Source of the DNA: an uncultured bacterium
GTDB lineage: Bacteria > JAJVIF01 > JAPKYR01
Length of the DNA: 52,356 bases
Assembly: GCA_965369865.1 (NCBI GenBank)
Contig: CBDURU010000013.1
Location: forward strand, 1 to 52,356
Direction of reading: 5' to 3'
Shown one piece after another: positions 47,335 to 52,356 of the stretch (its first letter is position 1; the number at the start of each line of letters is the position of its first letter). The translations under genes and the position numbers were made by a program. The notes beneath the pieces were generated by a model. It ran no database searches and was not told the DNA's origin. It was given only the letters and a program-made list of their open reading frames with translations.

Positions 47335-47871
47335 ATGGATACTTTTCGAGGTACAACAGTCATTGGGATCAAGCGTAACGGTGTCACCACTCTCGCTGCG
47401 GACGGCCAGGTTACGATCGGACAGGCGATTGTGAAAGGCACGGCCCGCAAGATCCTTCGCCTGCATGACGACAAGGTCATTGTCGGATTCGCGGGCGCGG
47501 TCGCGGATGCGCAAACCCTCGCTGAACGATTCGAGGGAAAGCTAGAGGAATACCACGGCAATCTCCCGCGTGCGGCTGTCGAACTCGCGCGGGAATGGCG
47601 AACGGACAAATACCTTCGCCGTCTTGAAAGCATGCTTCTTGTGGGGAATTCCGAACACCTTCTCCTGATTTCCGGATCGGGTGAAGTGATTCAGCCAGAC
47701 GGGGACGTCGTGGCGATCGGATCAGGGGCCGGTTACGCCCTCGCTGCCGCACGTGTACTCATCAAGCATACAGATCTTGACTCAATTGGAATAGCCGAGG
47801 AAGCGCTACATATCGCGGCGGAAATCTGCATTTATACAAATGATAATATCGTAGTGGAGACGATCCAGTAA
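47335..47871 (+). CDS. hslV: ATP-dependent protease peptidase subunit
   Basis: [35 protein letters not shown] and ICIYTN motifs. Confidence 0.96.
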   Translation: MDTFRGTTVIGIKRNGVTTLAADGQVTIGQAIVKGTARKILRLHDDKVIVGFAGAVADAQTLAERFEGKLEEYHGNLPRAAVELAREWRTDKYLRRLESMLLVGNSEHLLLISGSGEVIQPDGDVVAIGSGAGYALAAARVLIKHTDLDSIGIAEEALHIAAEICIYTNDNIVVETIQ

Positions 47872-47873
47872 TC

Positions 47874-49352
47874 ATGCATGTCACCAATTTAACCCCGAAA
47901 GAAACAGTCGCGGAACTCGACCGCTATATCATCGGCCAGGACAAGGCAAAACGCGCGGTCGCCATAGCGCTCAGGAACCGCTACCGCCGTGCGCAACTCG
48001 ATCCTGAACTTGCCGAGGAAATCATCCCCAAAAATATCCTCATGATCGGCCCGACCGGGGTCGGTAAAACGGAGATCGCCAGGCGTCTTGCATCGCTTGC
48101 CCAGGCGCCGTTTGTGAAGGTTGAGGCTACGAAATACACAGAGATCGGTTACGTCGGGCGCGATGTAGAAGGAATGATCCGCGACCTCGTTGACCATGCT
48201 GTGCGTCTTGTCAAGGAAGAGAAAACCCTTGAGATACAGGATAAGGTAGGGGATGCGGTTGAAAACAGGCTTGTGGACCTGCTTGCCGGAGTTCCTGAAA
48301 TTCCCAGACCGCGGCCGTCGAAATCCGGTAAAGCGATCCCCCTTCCCCCAGGCCCCGGTGAATTCAGGCGTTACGATGCTCCGGCACCGGCTGATGGTTC
48401 CGAATACAACAGTAATGAACCGCGGTTCGACGAAAGTGAGGCGGATCAGCAGAAAAAAATTGAGGAGCAGCACCAGCGTATCCGCGAACGCACAAGGGAA
48501 CGGCTGCGCCGGGGAAAATCCGAAGATGAAATGGTCGAGGTGGATGTCCTCCAGCAGAACACGATGGGCCTCGAGGTCCTGTCCGCTCACGGCATGGAGG
48601 ACCTTGGCATCCAGCTCCAGGAAATGATGGGCGGGATGGGGCAGAAAAAGCGCATGAAACGAAAGCTCCCGGTCAGCGAAGCGCGTGAGATCATCAGGAG
48701 CCAGGAAGTCGAGAAACGGCTGGACATGGACGCGATCGTGCGAATTGCCATCAATCGCGCCGAGGAACATGGGATCGTTTTCGTGGATGAGATTGACAAA
48801 ATCGCCGTGAAATCCCACAGCCATGGTCCGGATGTCAGTCGTGAAGGGGTCCAGAGAGACATTCTCCCCCTTGTTGAGGGCACTACTGTAACAACCAAAC
48901 ATGGTCCCGTTAAAACCGACCATATCCTGTTTATCGCGGCTGGCGCCTTTCACATGTCGAAACCATCCGACCTGATCCCGGAATTCCAGGGACGGTTCCC
49001 GATTCGAGTTGAATTGAATTCACTTACGGCGGAGGATTTCAAACGTATCCTGGTCGAGCCGGAACATGCGATTACGAAACAGTATGCCGCACTGCTTGGC
49101 ACGGAGGGAATTGATGTCCAGTTCACCAGGGATGGAATCGACGCACTGGCGGAAATCGCTACCCAGGTAAACGATCAGGCGGAGAATATCGGCGCGAGGA
49201 GATTATCAACCGTCCTTGAAAAAGTTCTCGAGGAAGTTTCCTACGAAGGGTCCGACCTGAGACTCGCGAAAATTGTTATCAATCGTGAGTATGTGGAGGA
49301 GCAGGTTAAGGAGATCGCGAAAGACACCGACCTGAGCCGGTATATTTTATAG
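47874..49352 (+). CDS. hslU: ATP-dependent protease ATPase subunit
   Basis: LTPKE, PKNILMIGPTGVGKTEIARR, DEIDKI, REGVQRD, ENIGARRL motifs and the LSRYIL end. Confidence 0.97.
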   Translation: MHVTNLTPKETVAELDRYIIGQDKAKRAVAIALRNRYRRAQLDPELAEEIIPKNILMIGPTGVGKTEIARRLASLAQAPFVKVEATKYTEIGYVGRDVEGMIRDLVDHAVRLVKEEKTLEIQDKVGDAVENRLVDLLAGVPEIPRPRPSKSGKAIPLPPGPGEFRRYDAPAPADGSEYNSNEPRFDESEADQQKKIEEQHQRIRERTRERLRRGKSEDEMVEVDVLQQNTMGLEVLSAHGMEDLGIQLQEMMGGMGQKKRMKRKLPVSEAREIIRSQEVEKRLDMDAIVRIAINRAEEHGIVFVDEIDKIAVKSHSHGPDVSREGVQRDILPLVEGTTVTTKHGPVKTDHILFIAAGAFHMSKPSDLIPEFQGRFPIRVELNSLTAEDFKRILVEPEHAITKQYAALLGTEGIDVQFTRDGIDALAEIATQVNDQAENIGARRLSTVLEKVLEEVSYEGSDLRLAKIVINREYVEEQVKEIAKDTDLSRYIL

Positions 49353-49423
49353 CCTGGACCAGTAATGAAAAAAGCCGAGAAAATGTCTCCCGGCTTGGAA
49401 ATCAATTTTTTAATAATTTCAGG

Positions 49424-51052
49424 CTAATCTTCTGTATAACCATATGCTCCGCATACCTGAGTAAGGTTAGTGGCATTGTCCTCGCCAACTGCCGACCATA
49501 GTACCCAATAGTTGCCATTGACGACCGTCATCGATGTGCTCATGCCGTACCAGTTTGAATACTGGGAACCTGAATCGTAGTCCCCAGGAAATTGGTTGCC
49601 CAAAATTTCTACACCGACACCAATATTCAATACTGGAGATGGACCTAGAGTTGTGTCCATGGACCGTGCCCTGGCAGTCCATCTCACTGAATTAGGATTA
49701 AGCGTCTGAAGATATGAAAGGCTGGTCCTTATAAATGGGTCCTCCTGGGGTCCTGGTTCCGGGGATTCTTCCCAGACTGCGACAGAAGGAAACGCGAAAG
49801 ATTCCATAGGACCGGCTGCTACAGGGAGGAACCCGAATCCAAAATGTGTATCTATGTAACCGACAGTCACATCATTCCATGACTCCGACCGGGCCTGGGT
49901 CCAGGCGATCGCGCAATGATTCGTATCACGTGGGCCTACATCCACCGTTGGCATGAATCCAGAATGGCCATAAGGACCAAAATCTAATGCATACTCAATT
50001 GGTGGATCAGAACTGCCTGCTTTCCAGTACGCCATGTGAGGTTCAAACCCCAAATCGTCCGCTGTAAAAACCACTACGGCATACCAGTCAAGAAGGTCTA
50101 TTTGGAGTTCCGGGAAGAATTCGAGGTAGCCGATATCGATCCTGGGATGAAAACCATGGCAGATTCCTAAAGGAATAGGATCAGGATCAGCAGGATAAAA
50201 GGATTCTATGTTCTGAATAAGAACTTCTCCGCCCCAATAAAGAAACCCATCAATGCCATTAAAATGGTTGTCTCCAGACCTGGTCCCGGTCCTGTAATAA
50301 ACATGAGGGCTGCCCCCTGGATCGTACCAGGTGAACACTACATAAATATCTCCCTTACCGTTTAATAAGCCTTGATCGCTCCTTGGATCGTATGCGATGT
50401 CAGGCATCATCTGGCCGTGACCGTAACTTGAGTCAACATACTCAAAATCCACCTGATTGTGATAGGTCGCCACCGGTTCCAGATTGGCCCAGTCCTCACT
50501 TATAATATCAGCAGGGTTAAATATCAAACGATGCACATTAATTTTCCACATATGATTCCCCCCAACTGCTTCAACCCATCTCTGGTACACGATTGAGACT
50601 TCTACATATGTCGTGTCTGTACCACCGCCGTCATTAGTACAAAAATAACAGGCGTCAACTCTCGCAAGGCGAATATTGCCAATAGACCAATAAACATCAT
50701 ACTCATTGCTCAATTCGCCATCTGATGAAAGGAATCTATAACGTACCCGGCGTCTATCATCTTCAGGATCCCCCCACTCACTTAACGCTACCGCGACTGA
50801 CCAGGATTTTCCACCGGGACCATCGGGTTGCCATACGGTGCCCCACTGGCCTTCAGATCCCGGTCCCTGCTGGATAACCGCGATATCCGAATCATAGAAT
50901 ACATCTCCTCCAGCTTGAGGAAAAATCCTAAAAGCTGGATTAAAGTCAACTGTCTGACGGGTCGGGTCAGATACAGAGTTACTAACAGGATCTTTCTTTC
51001 CACATGAAATTGTAATAAGAATGAGTAAAATAATAATGATATACTTCTGCAT
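49424..51052 (-). CDS. Hypothetical acidic lipoprotein
   Basis: MQKYIIIILLILITISC signal/lipobox; AAGGAGG RBS; beta-rich with repeated P.(I/V)(D/A) motifs. Confidence 0.78.
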   Translation of the reverse strand: MQKYIIIILLILITISCGKKDPVSNSVSDPTRQTVDFNPAFRIFPQAGGDVFYDSDIAVIQQGPGSEGQWGTVWQPDGPGGKSWSVAVALSEWGDPEDDRRRVRYRFLSSDGELSNEYDVYWSIGNIRLARVDACYFCTNDGGGTDTTYVEVSIVYQRWVEAVGGNHMWKINVHRLIFNPADIISEDWANLEPVATYHNQVDFEYVDSSYGHGQMMPDIAYDPRSDQGLLNGKGDIYVVFTWYDPGGSPHVYYRTGTRSGDNHFNGIDGFLYWGGEVLIQNIESFYPADPDPIPLGICHGFHPRIDIGYLEFFPELQIDLLDWYAVVVFTADDLGFEPHMAYWKAGSSDPPIEYALDFGPYGHSGFMPTVDVGPRDTNHCAIAWTQARSESWNDVTVGYIDTHFGFGFLPVAAGPMESFAFPSVAVWEESPEPGPQEDPFIRTSLSYLQTLNPNSVRWTARARSMDTTLGPSPVLNIGVGVEILGNQFPGDYDSGSQYSNWYGMSTSMTVVNGNYWVLWSAVGEDNATNLTQVCGAYGYTED

Positions 51053-51081
51053 TTCTTTTTCCTCCTTAGGAAGTAATATGG

Positions 51082-52272
51082 TTATTGAATATCAACAACA
51101 ACTTCAAAAACATCAAATGATGGGTATGGTACCGGTACACCGTAAGGCACAAAAACATGTTTTTCCCACCCCAAGACCTGGTGAACACCATTTTCTTCCT
51201 TGCCGAAAGAATAACCAGCCACACATCGAATATGCTCAGGATCGGGTGAATCGCATTCCCAGGTAGCATAACCGGTTTTATCTATGATAAAATCCTCGCA
51301 CCAGGCGCCTACCCATCGAGTACTTGATGCGTCCGGAAGCTGGTACCAGAGGTACATCTCCGCACGACCCTCCTCGATCGTAATCCCATAGATATTGCAG
51401 CATTTATGATCGGTTATTACTTCCCCATTGTTGTAAATGACTCTGAAGTAGTACAACTCAGGCTGGTTGGCTGTGATCGGGAAATCATCGACAGGATTCG
51501 TCACCGGCATTACAGTAGGTATCTCCCAGCATACATCAAGTGCGTATCCTGCCCTCCACGGTCCCGATGGCAGCGAAATGTGAAATGTTTGTGACACTGT
51601 TGCTCCCGATTCAAGCATGTGACGTTCCTCATTCGAATAAAAATCGAGGTAAGCGTTTATATTCGCTGTTGGAACACCCCCGAACGCGTATTTTCCTTCC
51701 CAGTAATTGAAAATCGGTTGGGGAAGCCCGGAATCGTAGTCCGGACACCAGAAGTACGTGTACCCATCCGCGTTGAGAATTTCCGGATCGCCCATTAAAC
51801 GCCATGACAGACGGAAATCGAGCGGGTAGAGCGGCAGTTTTTTTATGTTGTCCGGAATCACATGCGATCCCTGGAACATTAAAATTAATTTAGGATCGAA
51901 AGCCGTCAAATCCAGATGACCGGGATACGGATGAGTAATCTCCATTGTGAGGTTAATAGTGCCGTCGTAATTGTCCTGAAGACCGGTGATTAGAACACAG
52001 TTATCGCCTGACTTCTCGAAAAATCTCAGGACATTGAGATGGATTCCCCCCATGCGAAATGGAACCAATTCGACGCTGTCATGGTCGGAACTGAAATAAA
52101 GATTCCCGGCAGCCCATAATTGATGCGGGTTGTGAAAAGAAATTTCACGCCCCGTAGTGGTCTCCAAATCCCCGCTTATTGATGGATCATCGGAAACCCC
52201 TGGCATAGCAGGATTCCCGGCACAGCCGAATACCAGGACAGCCATTAAACATATCAGAAGATAAGTCTTCAA
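51082..52272 (-). CDS. Lipoprotein with the shared N-terminal module and a short Cys-containing C-terminus
   Basis: TTG start after AAAGGAGG; FGC lipobox; motifs shared with the 13115 and 31975 ORFs. Confidence 0.82.
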   Translation of the reverse strand: MKTYLLICLMAVLVFGCAGNPAMPGVSDDPSISGDLETTTGREISFHNPHQLWAAGNLYFSSDHDSVELVPFRMGGIHLNVLRFFEKSGDNCVLITGLQDNYDGTINLTMEITHPYPGHLDLTAFDPKLILMFQGSHVIPDNIKKLPLYPLDFRLSWRLMGDPEILNADGYTYFWCPDYDSGLPQPIFNYWEGKYAFGGVPTANINAYLDFYSNEERHMLESGATVSQTFHISLPSGPWRAGYALDVCWEIPTVMPVTNPVDDFPITANQPELYYFRVIYNNGEVITDHKCCNIYGITIEEGRAEMYLWYQLPDASSTRWVGAWCEDFIIDKTGYATWECDSPDPEHIRCVAGYSFGKEENGVHQVLGWEKHVFVPYGVPVPYPSFDVFEVVVDIQ

Positions 52273-52356
52273 AAAAACCGCCTCCTTTATTGTGGAAAAT
52301 CCTATGTCCCCCCTATCCGCACACCATTATAAATTATTGTCAGGGTTTTTAGTAGA

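Noticed and set aside
47889..48953. Long antisense ORFs (this 354-aa one, also 32392-33369, 25574-26287, 13487-14200)
   Set aside because: They are shadows of well-supported opposite-strand genes, with no recognisable motifs.

Overview
A chromosomal window from an apparently anaerobic bacterium, with no rRNA, tRNA, CRISPR array or transposase detected. Left to right it holds: (i) a REP/MITE-like element and two paralogous membrane genes; (ii) a tightly coupled minus-strand operon of a P-loop ATPase, a four-subunit 2-oxoacid:ferredoxin oxidoreductase (Vor-like), a HydABC/NuoEFG-like module with bifurcation signatures but no H-cluster, and a polyferredoxin; (iii) a lone STAND-like ATPase; (iv) an NCS2 permease whose leader is five tandem palindromic units; (v) housekeeping genes (folK, uvrC, pckA, dapL, dapF, miaA, secDF, hslVU); (vi) a joint CoA/NAD operon (panBCD-nadA-nadX-nadC-orf-coaX) behind a likely pan RNA motif and attenuator, with nadC broken by a single in-frame stop; (vii) a higB-higA(IrrE/ImmA-peptidase) toxin-antitoxin pair with a perfect operator; (viii) a 6S-RNA-like hairpin; and (ix) five lipoproteins, three of which share an unrecognised N-terminal module fused to different C-terminal domains. 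The best novelty candidates are the covarying hairpin array before the NCS2 gene, the modular lipoprotein family, the Vor-Bfu operon lacking a terminal catalytic subunit, and a SecD with a duplicated periplasmic head. All calls come from motif reading by eye; no database searches were run.
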